A program made the position numbers and the translations under genes. 64,000 bases of DNA, from the NCBI GenBank assembly GCA_041690215.1, contig JAWLHQ010000003.1, positions 330,518 through 394,517 of the forward strand, written 5' to 3'. The notes under the pieces are model-generated. The model was not told the origin of the DNA, searched no databases, and saw only the letters and a list, made by a program, of their open reading frames with translations. The DNA comes from Rhodothermales bacterium (GTDB taxonomy: Bacteria > Bacteroidota > Rhodothermia > Rhodothermales > DASSAV01). Below, piece after piece: positions 18,526 through 28,705 of the stretch; within the stretch, counting starts at the first letter, position 1; every line of letters begins with the position of its first letter.

Positions 18526-19743
18526 TTACGAAAGCGCCTTAAGTCCGGTTTCAATCCGGCGCATCGCTTCCTTCAGATCATCCATGGAAGCCGCGTACGA
18601 GATCCGTATTCCTTCCGGAGAGCCGAACCCGCTACCCGGCACAAGCGCCACGTTCTGCTCTTCTAGGAGATACATACACATGTCGTCGCTGTCACGAATG
18701 ACCTTCCCCCCGGGCGTCTTCGAACCAAAGAATGCCGATACATCTGGGAACAGGTAAAAGGCACCTTCAGGAGTGGGGCAGCGTACGCCCTCGATGCGAC
18801 GCAACTGATCCAGCATAAAGTCGCGCCGTTCGCGGAAAGAGCGGACCATCTCATCGATGGGCGCCTTATCCATCTCCAGAGCCGCAATGCCTGCTTTCTG
18901 GGTAATGGTTGAGGGCGCAGAGGTCACCTGGCTCTGCACTTTGTCCACCGCCTTTACGATCTCCTTCTCGGCAGCGAGGTAACCCAGCCGCCATCCGGTC
19001 ATCGCGTACCCCTTTGAGAAGCCGTTGACCGTGATCGTACGCTCCTTCATTCCTTCGAGCGATGCGAAGGAAACGTGCTCCGCGTCGAAAAGGATATACT
19101 CGTAGATCTCATCCGACAACACGAACACCTGCTCATGCCGACGCAACACGGCAGCCAGCGCCTCCATTTCCTGCCGGGTATACACCGATCCCGTCGGATT
19201 GGAGGGCGAATTGATGATGAGAAGCCGCGTCTGCGGCGTAATCGCCGCTTCAAGCTGCTCTGGTGTCATCCTGTAGTTCGTCTCGACGGAGGTATGGATC
19301 GTCACCGGTTCGGCCCCGGCCAGGCGAACCATCTCCGGATAGCTTACCCAGTACGGCGCTGGAATCAGCACCTCGTCACCCGGACGACAGAGCACCTGGA
19401 TCGCCATCTCGACCGACTGTTTCGCGCCGTTCGAAACGATGATCTGGTCCGGCGTATAGTCCAGCCCGTTATCCCGCTTGAGCTTCTCGCAGATCCGCTG
19501 GCGCAGTTCCAGCAGACCCATGTTTTCCGTGTAATGGTGAAAACCTTGCTTGATCGCTTCAATACCGGCCTGCGCGATGGGTGCAGGCGTAAGGAAATCA
19601 GGCTCGCCCGCACTGAGACCGATGATCGGCTTCCCCTCGCGTTTGAGTTGCTTTGCCTTGGCCGTCATCGCGAGTGTAGCCGAAGGCTGCATGGCCTCCA
19701 CATTGGGGTTGAACGACAGAGCAGGAGCAGATATCGTTGCCAT
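18526..19743 (-). CDS. Class I pyridoxal-phosphate-dependent aminotransferase (aspartate/prephenate aminotransferase type)
   Basis: 405 aa. Motifs GEPDF, SNPTGSVY, and NGFSKGYAMTGWRLGY (PLP-lysine motif). Confidence 0.9.
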   Translation of the reverse strand: MATISAPALSFNPNVEAMQPSATLAMTAKAKQLKREGKPIIGLSAGEPDFLTPAPIAQAGIEAIKQGFHHYTENMGLLELRQRICEKLKRDNGLDYTPDQIIVSNGAKQSVEMAIQVLCRPGDEVLIPAPYWVSYPEMVRLAGAEPVTIHTSVETNYRMTPEQLEAAITPQTRLLIINSPSNPTGSVYTRQEMEALAAVLRRHEQVFVLSDEIYEYILFDAEHVSFASLEGMKERTITVNGFSKGYAMTGWRLGYLAAEKEIVKAVDKVQSQVTSAPSTITQKAGIAALEMDKAPIDEMVRSFRERRDFMLDQLRRIEGVRCPTPEGAFYLFPDVSAFFGSKTPGGKVIRDSDDMCMYLLEEQNVALVPGSGFGSPEGIRISYAASMDDLKEAMRRIETGLKALS

Positions 19744-19982
19744 ACCTGAATAGGAACGTTAGAAAGTGAGTTGCCCGGTCTCGAAGAGGGTCTTTCGAAA
19801 GCACGCCGATGTTCGACCCCACCCCGGTCCACTTCCGGACAGGAGAAAATGCTGACTGGCTCTAACAAACGACCCCGTATAGCAGGTTTCATCCTGCAGC
19901 GGGTGGCACCGTCGGGAAATTAACCGCCCCACGATGCCTACCGTTGGTGAGCGTCTATAAGTTAAGACTGCATCGGCCTCAC

Positions 19983-20468
19983 TCAGCCGTTCCGCCTCGA
20001 CTTTTCTTCCAGCATCCGCACGACAGGCGGGGGCACAAATGACGAAATGTCCCCACCCCACCGGTGGATCTCCCGCACGATGGAGGCGGCCACATAGGCA
20101 TGCTCCTCGGAAGTCATGAAAAAGACACTCTCAATCTCCGGTGCCAGGCGACGGTTCGCAAATGCCATTCGAAACTCGTAATCGAAGTCCGTCACCTGAC
20201 GCAGCCCCCGCACAAGCGCGATGGCGCCCACGGCACGCGCGTGGTCTACCAACAACCCTTCGAATGATGCCACACTCACACCTTTCAGGTGCCGCGTGCT
20301 CTCTCGCACCAGCTCCGTACGCTCCTCAATGGAAAGCAACGTCTGTTTATTCTTGTTCACGGCCACGGTCACTTCCACCCGATCGAACACACGCAGCGCA
20401 CGCTCCAGAATATCGAGGTGCCCGTAGGTAATCGGGTCAAACGTGCCGGGATACAGAGCCAGGGACAT
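19983..20468 (-). CDS. coaD: Phosphopantetheine adenylyltransferase
   Basis: 161 aa. N-terminus LALYPGTFDPITYGHLDILERA (T/HxGH nucleotidyltransferase motif) and the typical CoaD length. Confidence 0.9.
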   Translation of the reverse strand: MSLALYPGTFDPITYGHLDILERALRVFDRVEVTVAVNKNKQTLLSIEERTELVRESTRHLKGVSVASFEGLLVDHARAVGAIALVRGLRQVTDFDYEFRMAFANRRLAPEIESVFFMTSEEHAYVAASIVREIHRWGGDISSFVPPPVVRMLEEKSRRNG

Positions 20469-20593
20469 AGATACTAGGCTGAGGCTACATGTTGCAGCGT
20501 CCGAACGTTTCGGAAGTTCGAAACCTCTGGAACGTTCTACCTCGCAACAAGGCTGTGATTACACTGGATACATATGCCACATAGATATGGGGC

Positions 20594-21139
20594 TCACTCT
20601 ACCGGCTGCGCCGCAAACACGCTTACGATCGTCCGCCCGTAGGAACGGCTCGTATCCAGATGCGGATGTTCATCGAACGAATGCCGCACATCGTGCTCCA
20701 GAATAAATAACCCGTCGGGTTTCAGGTGCAGGATCGCTAGCTCGGGGAGACGCGGTAAATCCGCAAGTTCGTATGGGGGATCTGCCAGTATGAGATCAAA
20801 AGGCGGACCGCTGTATCTCTCCAGGTAGGATACTGCATCCGATCGAAAAAACTGGCACTGGCGAGCTACGCCCAACTCCTCGGCATTCATCCGTGCGAAC
20901 TTCAGCACTGCCGGGTCTTGTTCGACGAAAAAAGCTGTCTCTGCACCGCGGCTGATTGCTTCCAATCCGAGCGCACCTGTACCGGCGAACAGATCGAGCA
21001 CCTCAGCCCCATCCAGTTCTAACCGGCTTTCGACAATATTAAATAAGGATTCGCGTGCACGGTCCGTGGTTGGACGCGTCAGGTGCCCCTTGGGGGCGTG
21101 CAATCCTCTTCGACGAAACCGCCCGGCAATGATGCGCAT
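20594..21139 (-). CDS. rsmD: 16S rRNA (guanine966-N2)-methyltransferase RsmD
   Basis: 181 aa. MRIIAGRFRRRGL...TRPTTDRARESLFNIV, SAM motif VLDLFAGTGALGLEA, and DPPY. Confidence 0.85.
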   Translation of the reverse strand: MRIIAGRFRRRGLHAPKGHLTRPTTDRARESLFNIVESRLELDGAEVLDLFAGTGALGLEAISRGAETAFFVEQDPAVLKFARMNAEELGVARQCQFFRSDAVSYLERYSGPPFDLILADPPYELADLPRLPELAILHLKPDGLFILEHDVRHSFDEHPHLDTSRSYGRTIVSVFAAQPVE

Positions 21140-21284
21140 GTGAAGTTACCAGGAGCAATGTACGGGCCGAGGCAACATGCATTCACACCCCGGTCATCTG
21201 GAGTGGCAATATACGAGATGGGCGTTCCGATCCGTCTTAGTTACGCTTACACAGGGCTTCGCAGCGCACCACTGTACACCCGGC

Positions 21285-22217
21285 TCAAAGCGCAACTCCG
21301 ATGCACGGCACGTAGGCCTCCGCGTCGAAGTCCGTTGAAAGACTGCCGGGATCGAGGTCCACGACGGGGATCGGATTGAGCCGTTCGGGCTGTGTGTCAA
21401 AAATGGCTGCAAAGATCGCGAAATCATTTTCCTCGATTCCCCGCCCGTATACGTACACCTGTACGATATCGCTCGGCCGGAGTCCCAGACGGCGAAGCAA
21501 GGTCACAGCAAAGTAGGCGCTGTCAGCCAGGCTCTGCACCGTTGCATAGTGGCTGAAGTACCAGCGTCCATTCCGGCATAGCGTATACTCCACATGGGAC
21601 CCATACCAGCCAAGCGCGAGCGTATACGCCACCTCTCCCGTTCGCGCCGCCCTGTTCTTGCCGCGCTCTTCCAATCCGGTGACGACCGCTGCTGCCGCCT
21701 GCATGCTCAGCTTCAACTGATGCGTTCGATACGGGAGTGCACCGAAAATCTGCTGAAACCGCTCGTGGACAAAGTCATGCATCGCCCAGACGTGAAACCA
21801 TGATACGCCACGTCCATCCTCCATTGTCTCCTCATACACGGGATCCGCCGTGACATGAAGCGACGTGGATTCCACAGCGGGGTACGTCAACAACTTCACC
21901 TCCTCCGCGATCCGCGCCTCCCGCTGCACGCTCGTAAGCGAGTTCGCCAGCGGTGTAAAGAACGAATATCCGCCCGGTGGGTGAATGGCCACGCTGATCT
22001 GCTCCGAAACGGAGCCCGCAAACACATCCTTGAGCGCTTCAGCTACCGTCTCCAGATTACCAGAGGACGTGTGACTCAGTAGTTCCTGCGTCAGGTCAAA
22101 ATCAAAGTCGCAACTCCCCAGGCGCAGCAGCCGGTACCGATTCCCGTACTGTTCCACCTCTGCATACCGAAGAACGTTCTGGTAGAGGTCGATGCCCGCG
22201 CGCGCTTGTGCTTGCAT
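21285..22217 (-). CDS. Hypothetical protein, possibly PilM-like (actin-like ATPase fold)
   Basis: 310 aa with an ATG start. The N-terminal pattern GIDLYQNVLRYAEVEQYGNRYRLLRLG and the length resemble PilM-type assembly proteins. I could not identify nucleotide-binding motifs. Weak call. Confidence 0.35.
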   Translation of the reverse strand: MQAQARAGIDLYQNVLRYAEVEQYGNRYRLLRLGSCDFDFDLTQELLSHTSSGNLETVAEALKDVFAGSVSEQISVAIHPPGGYSFFTPLANSLTSVQREARIAEEVKLLTYPAVESTSLHVTADPVYEETMEDGRGVSWFHVWAMHDFVHERFQQIFGALPYRTHQLKLSMQAAAAVVTGLEERGKNRAARTGEVAYTLALGWYGSHVEYTLCRNGRWYFSHYATVQSLADSAYFAVTLLRRLGLRPSDIVQVYVYGRGIEENDFAIFAAIFDTQPERLNPIPVVDLDPGSLSTDFDAEAYVPCIGVAL

Positions 22218-22277
22218 AATGAATGTGAAAGGCGATTAAGCTCCGAGATGGGTCAGTAGCCGACAGGAGGGAACGCT

Positions 22278-22739
22278 TCACTCCCAGCTTGCGGCATTGA
22301 TACGGGACAGGTTCGCCGTTAGGGTGCCGATATGATCGTTGGAATCGGGGTCTTTGAGAAAGTACGTTTCCAGGCCTGCCGTATCGGTGACGATCAACTC
22401 GAAGGGTCTACCGGAACGAGGAGAATAGGGCAACGAATCGGAATTGAACCCCGGCCCGAAAAGTACATCGATATTAGCCTGCAAGATGGCATCCTGCTCG
22501 ACGAACGTACTCAGGGAGTCCAGCGACGAAGGATAGCGACCGTGAATCGCCTGGTAGCGGGCCATGGCCTTACGAATACCATCCATGTGGCGGCGCGTCT
22601 CCAGGGTAAGCATCTGCCGCTCTTCTTCTGCCTCATACGGCTCGGTTATAGAGCGGTACAGCCAGTAGGACAGCCCCAGAATGGCAAAAGCCAGAATGGC
22701 CTGAACACCCACTCTGAAACCCCGGCTGAACATAATCAT
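22278..22739 (-). CDS. Hypothetical membrane-anchored protein with a GspG/pseudopilin-like helix motif
   Basis: 153 aa. One N-terminal TM (VGVQAILAFAILGLSYWLY) followed by GIRKAMARYQAIHGRYPSSLDSL. This matches the A-x-x-x-Y-x-x-x-x-G-x-YP-x-x-L pattern of GspG-type pseudopilins. No canonical G/FTLxE prepilin cleavage site. Confidence 0.4.
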   Translation of the reverse strand: MIMFSRGFRVGVQAILAFAILGLSYWLYRSITEPYEAEEERQMLTLETRRHMDGIRKAMARYQAIHGRYPSSLDSLSTFVEQDAILQANIDVLFGPGFNSDSLPYSPRSGRPFELIVTDTAGLETYFLKDPDSNDHIGTLTANLSRINAASWE

Positions 22740-23074
22740 GCTCTACAGAACTCCACTAGATCTTACAACACGGGAGATCCGCCCCACGCCATCGTCGAAA
22801 CGATGCCCTGCGAGATCAAAATAACAGGGCCGTCGGCGAAAATGCAACCATTTCGTTTTCACCCAGCCACACCCGCCTACCCCCGTCAGCCGGATTCCAC
22901 GCATCACGTCATATCTTATCAGGGATCGCATACTCCCGTGTAATCTTTCTTGGGCCGTAGCGCCACTCCGAATCTGCCCGAGCATGTGCCGGGTATGTTG
23001 ACCTGACATGCTCGGCACCGGAGGATACCGAATCGCTGCGGCCCGATGATCTCAAGCACCATCTCCTATTTAAC

Positions 23075-23800
23075 GTGACGAACCTTCTCATCAATATCGA
23101 TCACGTCGCAACGCTCCGTAATGCACGCCGTGAGACGTTCCCCGATCCTGTCCACGCCGCCGTCATCTGCGAGATGGCAGGCGCAGACGGGATCGTCTTC
23201 CACCTCCGCGAGGACCGGCGCCACATAACCGACCACGATGTCCGGCTCCTCAAAGAGGTTGTCAAGACCAAGCTCGATTTCGAACTCTCGACGGCAGACG
23301 AGGTCGTGGACATCTGCTGCGAGATCCAGCCCCAGCTTGCGACGCTCGTGCCGGAACGCCGGGAAGAGATTACCACGGAAGGCGGCCTGGATGTCGTACG
23401 CCATGCCGATCGGCTCCGCGCCGTCACAGAAAAGCTCTTCGAGGCCGGCATCGAGGAGGTTTCTCTCTTTGTCGATCCGGATCTCGAACAGATCGAGGCT
23501 ACAACCCAGGTGGGCGCGAACTGCATCGAACTCCATACGGGGGATTTCGCCAACGCGCGTACCGATACCGAACGCCGGCGTCAGGCCGACCTCCTCGCCC
23601 TTGCCGCCGAACGCGCCAGCGACCTCGGACTGCGTGTCCACGCCGGACACGGACTGGATTACCAGAACTATCAGATTTTCAAGGAAACCGTCCACCACGT
23701 CCAGGAAGTCTCCATCGGATTTGCCGTGATCGCCCGCGCCGTCCTCGTCGGCATGGAACAAGCCGTCCGGGAAATGCGACTACTGGTGAAGGGGTATTGA
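23075..23800 (+). CDS. pdxJ: Pyridoxine 5'-phosphate synthase
   Basis: 241 aa with a GTG start. LINIDHVATLRNAR, GIVFHLREDRRHI, and ELHTG motifs of PdxJ. Confidence 0.9.
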   Translation: MTNLLINIDHVATLRNARRETFPDPVHAAVICEMAGADGIVFHLREDRRHITDHDVRLLKEVVKTKLDFELSTADEVVDICCEIQPQLATLVPERREEITTEGGLDVVRHADRLRAVTEKLFEAGIEEVSLFVDPDLEQIEATTQVGANCIELHTGDFANARTDTERRRQADLLALAAERASDLGLRVHAGHGLDYQNYQIFKETVHHVQEVSIGFAVIARAVLVGMEQAVREMRLLVKGY

Positions 23801-23889
23801 GGCTATCGACTCCCGGCTATCTCTGTTCCTCATTCCTCTTTCATCCATTCTCTCTGCTTGCGGCCGATGGTCGGCAGCCTCGAAACGCT

Positions 23890-24801
23890 ATGGACACCCA
23901 GGACTATCAGATTGAAGCGATCCCCGAGCACTTCCGTAGCGGCTACGTTGCGCTCATCGGGAAGCCTAATGTCGGCAAGAGCACGCTGCTCAATGCGCTA
24001 CTCGGCCGCAAGTTGTCCATCGTCACGGCGAAGCCACAGACGACGCGACACCGCATCCTGGGTATCCTTTCGGGCGACGATTACCAGATCATCTTCCTGG
24101 ATACACCCGGCATCATCAAGCCGCGTTACGGCCTCCAGGAAGCCATGATGCGCGCCGTGAATGAGGCCGTGGCCGATGCCGACCTCCTGCTCTTCATGGC
24201 TGACGCCAGCAAGGATGAGCCGGACACATTCAGCCTGGGGCACATCGGAGACCGCCCCGCGCTCCTCGTGCTCAATAAGATGGACCTGATCCCACAGGAA
24301 AAGGCTATCCCCCTCGTCCACGCCTACACCGAGCTACGTGCCTTCGAAGCCGTCGTCCCGATCTCGGCTGCTACCGGTTATAACCTGGACGTTCTGCTCG
24401 ACGAGATCATCAAGCGCCTCCCACACGGGCCTCCCTTCTACCCGCGTGACATGATCAGCGAGCACCCTGAACGGTTCTTCGTATCCGAGATCATTCGCGA
24501 GAAGATCTTCGAGCAGTTCCGAGAGGAGATTCCTTATTCGGTTCAGGTAAACGTCGTCACGTATGAGGAACGCCCCGGCGGGAAAGACTTCATCGACTGC
24601 GAAATCGTCGTAGAACGTGATACCCAGAAGGGAATCCTGATTGGAAAAGGAGGTGCAGCGCTAAAAAAGATCGGCGCCGAAGCCCGCAAAGACATCGAGG
24701 CGTTCGTCGATCACCCGGTCTACCTCCAGCTGCACGTCAAAGTACGGGAAAACTGGCGTGACAGGGATTCCTTTCTCCGCTCATACGGCTATTCGAGATA
24801 G
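23890..24801 (+). CDS. era: GTPase Era
   Basis: The ORF track starts at 23797. I prefer ATG 23890 (MDTQDYQIEAIPEHFRSGYVALIGKPNVGKSTLLNAL, G1 motif). DTPG and NKMD motifs and a C-terminal KH domain (GILIGKGGAALKKIG) follow. Confidence 0.9.
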   Translation: MDTQDYQIEAIPEHFRSGYVALIGKPNVGKSTLLNALLGRKLSIVTAKPQTTRHRILGILSGDDYQIIFLDTPGIIKPRYGLQEAMMRAVNEAVADADLLLFMADASKDEPDTFSLGHIGDRPALLVLNKMDLIPQEKAIPLVHAYTELRAFEAVVPISAATGYNLDVLLDEIIKRLPHGPPFYPRDMISEHPERFFVSEIIREKIFEQFREEIPYSVQVNVVTYEERPGGKDFIDCEIVVERDTQKGILIGKGGAALKKIGAEARKDIEAFVDHPVYLQLHVKVRENWRDRDSFLRSYGYSR

Positions 24802-24876
24802 CCGGGCCGAATTCTCTCTATCCCAGACAGACCGACCGACGATGCGTACCCGCATCATGCCGGACACCGCCCTTCC

Positions 24877-26061
24877 TCAGACAAGGTTAACCAGCAATCC
24901 ATTCCGAACCGCCTCGCGGTATGCGGCTGGAACCACCCGGACAGGCAGATTGAAACGGCTGAATGTACGCCTCCGTGGGTAGTTCTTGCGTAGTGCTGTG
25001 AAGTAAGCGCCTTGCTCATCAGGGGGGAGATCGGGCAGCTTCCGCATGCGGGCATCGTCTGCAACGACGTCGTACATCTGCTGCACGAGCGCAAACAGCC
25101 ACGACGTTTCCCCCTCATCAAAAGCAGGCGGGTTCAAGTCGAGATGATCCTCCCCTGCCCCGCTCAGCACCACCTCCGAATCCCAGACGTGCGGTAGCCC
25201 GAAGTGCTCCACGAAGGCATCATACACCATCGTCGTGCCGAGCACTTTGCCGTCGAACGAATAGCCCGCGATGTGCGGCGTTGCCACATCGGTCAGGCGG
25301 ACCAACTCGGGATCGATTTCCGGTTCTCCTTCCCACACGTCGAACAGCGCCGCGCCAAGCGCTCCCGCCTCGATGGCGCGTCGTGCCACCGGATTGTCCA
25401 CGACGGCTCCCCGGCACGTGTTGACGAGCCACGCGCCAGGCTTCATGTGCGCAAGCGCTGCACCATCGATGAGATGGTAGGTCGCGTACGGTCCTTTCCG
25501 CTCCAGCGGGACATGCAGCGTGACGATATCGGATTCAGCCAGAACCTGCTCCAGGGACACAAAGTCATGTGCTTTCCCGGCCTCTTCCGCTGCAGCCTGC
25601 AGGGGTGGGTCGTTCTTGAGCACGCGCATGCCAAGCGCCGGCAGGCGCCCGGCCAGACGACTTCCGATATTTCCCACCCCTACGATCCCGACCGTCTTCC
25701 CCCGTAGCGACACCTTTTTTCGCACCGCCGTCCAGAGCAGGGAAGCCAGCACGTATTCAACGACAGACGTAGCGTTTGAACCGGGTGCGTGCGCGAATAC
25801 GATCCCGCGTTCCCGAAGATAGTCCCGGTCGATGTGGTCCGTCCCAATCGTCGTAGATCCCACGAACCGGACGGAGCTGTTCTCCAGCAAGGCCCTGTCT
25901 ACCCGTGTGACACTCCGTACGAGCAGCACATCTGCGTCCCGCACTACTTCCGGATTGATGGCCCGTCCGTTGAGCGTATGCACTTCGCCCGCGTGACCGA
26001 ACGTTTCGTAAACGAACGGAATATTCTCGTCTGCAACGATTCGTGTGATCTCTTTTTTCAT
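24877..26061 (-). CDS. pdxB: 4-phosphoerythronate dehydrogenase (D-2-hydroxyacid dehydrogenase family)
   Basis: 394 aa from ATG 26061 (the ORF-track start at 26064 is TTG). IVADENIPFV N-terminus typical of PdxB, NAD motif VGIVGVGNIGSRLA, and a C-terminal dimerisation-type extension. Confidence 0.8.
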   Translation of the reverse strand: MKKEITRIVADENIPFVYETFGHAGEVHTLNGRAINPEVVRDADVLLVRSVTRVDRALLENSSVRFVGSTTIGTDHIDRDYLRERGIVFAHAPGSNATSVVEYVLASLLWTAVRKKVSLRGKTVGIVGVGNIGSRLAGRLPALGMRVLKNDPPLQAAAEEAGKAHDFVSLEQVLAESDIVTLHVPLERKGPYATYHLIDGAALAHMKPGAWLVNTCRGAVVDNPVARRAIEAGALGAALFDVWEGEPEIDPELVRLTDVATPHIAGYSFDGKVLGTTMVYDAFVEHFGLPHVWDSEVVLSGAGEDHLDLNPPAFDEGETSWLFALVQQMYDVVADDARMRKLPDLPPDEQGAYFTALRKNYPRRRTFSRFNLPVRVVPAAYREAVRNGLLVNLV

Positions 26062-26713
26062 CAAAACCCGTCTGGAAGGCTATCGTGTAAAACACCTGGT
26101 TCCTGCAATGGCCGGAATGCAGGGGCGCAATTTGCGTGTAATCCGGATGATGGAATATGAAGTAACTGCAAGGACGTGAAACAGGCACTTTTCTTCACAT
26201 ACCTGACACGGGGACGGGTATGCGGATCACGATCAGTGAGCTGCCGTTCCGGGGTATCTGGCAAACATTCGGCACGGCCTCGAACCAATCGGGCAGGCAA
26301 GGATGAACCTGTCGCTTTTGGTGGATCGGACTGCCGTTACACGCGAGCATCGGCGCACTGCGGATGGGTCTTTTGCCGGTTTTTTGGAGCCGCCCAGGCA
26401 GTAGATTTAACGGCAATAATCGCCGATTCCGAGGCATTTGGCGCGCATAACGAGATATTCACAGGTCACGTCTCGGATTTAGGCGGATATTTGTTACCTG
26501 TGAGCCGTATCGGGTTTACACCTTATATGGGGTCGCAGAGCGGATGGAACAAGGTGGGGAGGAGACGCTGGCAGCGTCTATCGGGACAGCAATCCCGGTG
26601 CGAATGCCCAGCGTTTCACATACCTGTGCCGCACATGCGACGTGCGCAGCACAGGCTGCTTTGACAGACATGTTGAAGCCGGACGAAAGCTTCTTCCATA
26701 GCACACAGGAGCA

Positions 26714-27433
26714 ATGCCTATGGACTCTATGAAGAAGGTGAACGGCGTACGACTGTTAACATACGCTTCCATAGTGATATTGAGCGGTGCGCTGGCTCTT
26801 CAGCATGCCGAACTGCTTGGCAGGACGCTTGCCAGCGCCCTGCTTCCCAGTGAAACAGCGACGGCGTATGAAGCGCCGACCGCTGCAGTTTCCGAAACGG
26901 CCCCGGCCAGACCGGCGGGTTTCACGAGCACGCTTTACGCCGACAACCAGATCAACTTCGAGGGGCTCAAGCCCTTAAGCCCCGAACTCATCGACAACGA
27001 GACGCTGTGGCTTGCTCGTTGCATCTTTTCCGAAAGCAAACGCCCAAAAGAACAGGAACTCATCGCCTGGGTCGTCCGCAACCGTGTAGAGACGGCCTAC
27101 CGCGGCAAGACGTCGTACCGGGACGCCATTCTGGATCCGTACCAGTTCAGCGCGTTCAATCCGGGCACCCGTACGCGTGACTTTTATTCCAGCCTCGGGC
27201 CACACGCCCGCTATCCCGGCTGGCAGACGGCGCTACGCATCGCGTATGAGGTCCGGTATGCCGACCCCAAGTTCCGGCCCTTCCCCCACAAGACACGGCA
27301 TTTCTACAGCGAGCAGTCCATGCTCGCAGGTATACCGGAGCCCAACTGGGCGGGAGATTTCCTCCCAGTCCTTCCTGAACGTGAGCACCGGATCGACCCT
27401 CGCCGGTTCCGGTTCTACCAGGGCGTCCGCTAG
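26714..27433 (+). CDS. Cell wall hydrolase, SleB-like (Hydrolase_2 family)
   Basis: 239 aa. N-terminal anchor LLTYASIVILSGALAL. Motifs LWLARCIFSESKRPKEQELIAWVVRNRV and ILDPYQFSAFNPG typical of SleB-type hydrolases. In-frame ATGs at 26720 and 26729 are alternative starts. Confidence 0.7.
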   Translation: MPMDSMKKVNGVRLLTYASIVILSGALALQHAELLGRTLASALLPSETATAYEAPTAAVSETAPARPAGFTSTLYADNQINFEGLKPLSPELIDNETLWLARCIFSESKRPKEQELIAWVVRNRVETAYRGKTSYRDAILDPYQFSAFNPGTRTRDFYSSLGPHARYPGWQTALRIAYEVRYADPKFRPFPHKTRHFYSEQSMLAGIPEPNWAGDFLPVLPEREHRIDPRRFRFYQGVR

Positions 27434-27523
27434 TTTTCATTCGGATGCGGCTTTTGATCCAGCATATGTACCGGGTTGAGGCGTAGCACTGTTGCGATTC
27501 TTCCCGATGGTAGCCATTCCTTG

Positions 27524-27558
27524 ACGTAGAGACGTGCGGCCCACGTCTCTACGTTTTT
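27524..27558 (+). terminator. Rho-independent terminator; the stem belongs to the GTAGRGRCG palindrome family
   Basis: acgtagagacgtg cggcc cacgtctctacgt followed by tttt, located 91 nt after the stop at 27433. Confidence 0.7.
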
Positions 27559-27598
27559 ATATCGTCAGTTCCCCACCTCGAAAGGCGCCTCTACCCCC

Positions 27599-28615
27599 AT
27601 GCGTCTGTACGCTCTCGTCCTGCTTCTCATAATCGGCTGCGGCGGATGGAGATGCGCCGGATCGGACATGCCGGTCCGGCTACCACAGCCCGGTTCAAAC
27701 GGGATCTTCACGCCGGAGCCGCCACCCACACCCAGTTCCAGCGGCCTACGGATCGCAACCCTGAACGCCGCATTCCTCTTCGACGGAGTCGGCGACGAAG
27801 GGCAGGCTACGTTTCCCCATAAAGACGATCCGGAGTTGGCGCAAGCGCACCTCCAGCGAGTAGGAGCTGTCATACGCATGCTCGATGCGGACGTCGTCAT
27901 GCTCCAGGAAGTAGAAAATGAGGACGTCCTCCACCTGCTCCTTCAAGGCCCCCTGGCCGGAGCAGGCTATACGCCCTATTTCGTTCAGGGCACCGACACG
28001 TTTACCGGTCAGGACATCGGCCTACTTGCTCGTGTGCCTGTAGATGACGTGAGTCGGACAGACGAGCGTGTTCCGGTCAAGGGTACCGACGACACGTACG
28101 GCGTCAGCAAGAACCTCATCGCGCGCCTCAACCTGGGAAACATTCCGGTGACCCTCATCGGCCTCCACTTCCTTGCACAGCCTGACAACAAGGAGCGTAA
28201 GCCGCGCCGGGAAGCCCAGGCGGAAGTGATTCGCCGCGTCGTCGCGTCAGAGATCGCAGCCGGTCGGGCCGTTGCCGTCCTGGGCGACTTCAATGACCAC
28301 GATGAGGATACGCCTGATGCCGCGGGCAATCGCCCCATTACCAATGTGCTCGCAATCATCAAGCGAGCCGGCGTCGGCGCATCCGACGACCTCCGGAACG
28401 TGATGGCCAGTGTTCCTCAAGAAGAACGCTTTACGCACTTCTGGGACCGCAACGATAACGGCATCGTCGAAGAGGGCGAACTTTCTGCCATCGACCACAT
28501 TCTCCTCTCTCCCGAACTCCACAGCCGTGTAGTGGACGTGGATTACGTGCACGCCCATGATCCCATGACCTATACGGACCACTTCCCCATCCTTGTGACC
28601 CTGGATGTGGACTAG
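27599..28615 (+). CDS. Endonuclease/exonuclease/phosphatase (EEP) family lipoprotein
   Basis: 338 aa. Lipobox LLIIGCGG. EEP motifs LRIATLNAAFL, VVMLQEVEN, LGDFND, and TDHFPILVTLDV. Confidence 0.8.
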   Translation: MRLYALVLLLIIGCGGWRCAGSDMPVRLPQPGSNGIFTPEPPPTPSSSGLRIATLNAAFLFDGVGDEGQATFPHKDDPELAQAHLQRVGAVIRMLDADVVMLQEVENEDVLHLLLQGPLAGAGYTPYFVQGTDTFTGQDIGLLARVPVDDVSRTDERVPVKGTDDTYGVSKNLIARLNLGNIPVTLIGLHFLAQPDNKERKPRREAQAEVIRRVVASEIAAGRAVAVLGDFNDHDEDTPDAAGNRPITNVLAIIKRAGVGASDDLRNVMASVPQEERFTHFWDRNDNGIVEEGELSAIDHILLSPELHSRVVDVDYVHAHDPMTYTDHFPILVTLDVD

Positions 28616-28705
28616 GTGCCAATGGTCAGCTTTCGGTGGTCGGCTTTCGGGAGTAATTATCTTTCCGGTACACTCGTAAGCTTATCCTGTACAGCCGATA
28701 GCCGC

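Noticed and set aside
23066-23761. 231-aa ORF antisense to pdxJ
   Set aside because: The plus-strand frame carries unmistakable PdxJ motifs. The antisense frame has no recognisable motif and is the usual long open antisense frame of GC-rich DNA.
26065-26713. RNase P RNA, tmRNA, SRP RNA or a known riboswitch in the long pdxB/SleB spacer
   Set aside because: None of the conserved core strings I remember (GGAAAGTCCGGGC, tmRNA tag region and CCA end, SRP GGAAGCAGCC-type loop, B12 box, TPP CTGAGA) is present. It is kept only as an unexplained spacer.
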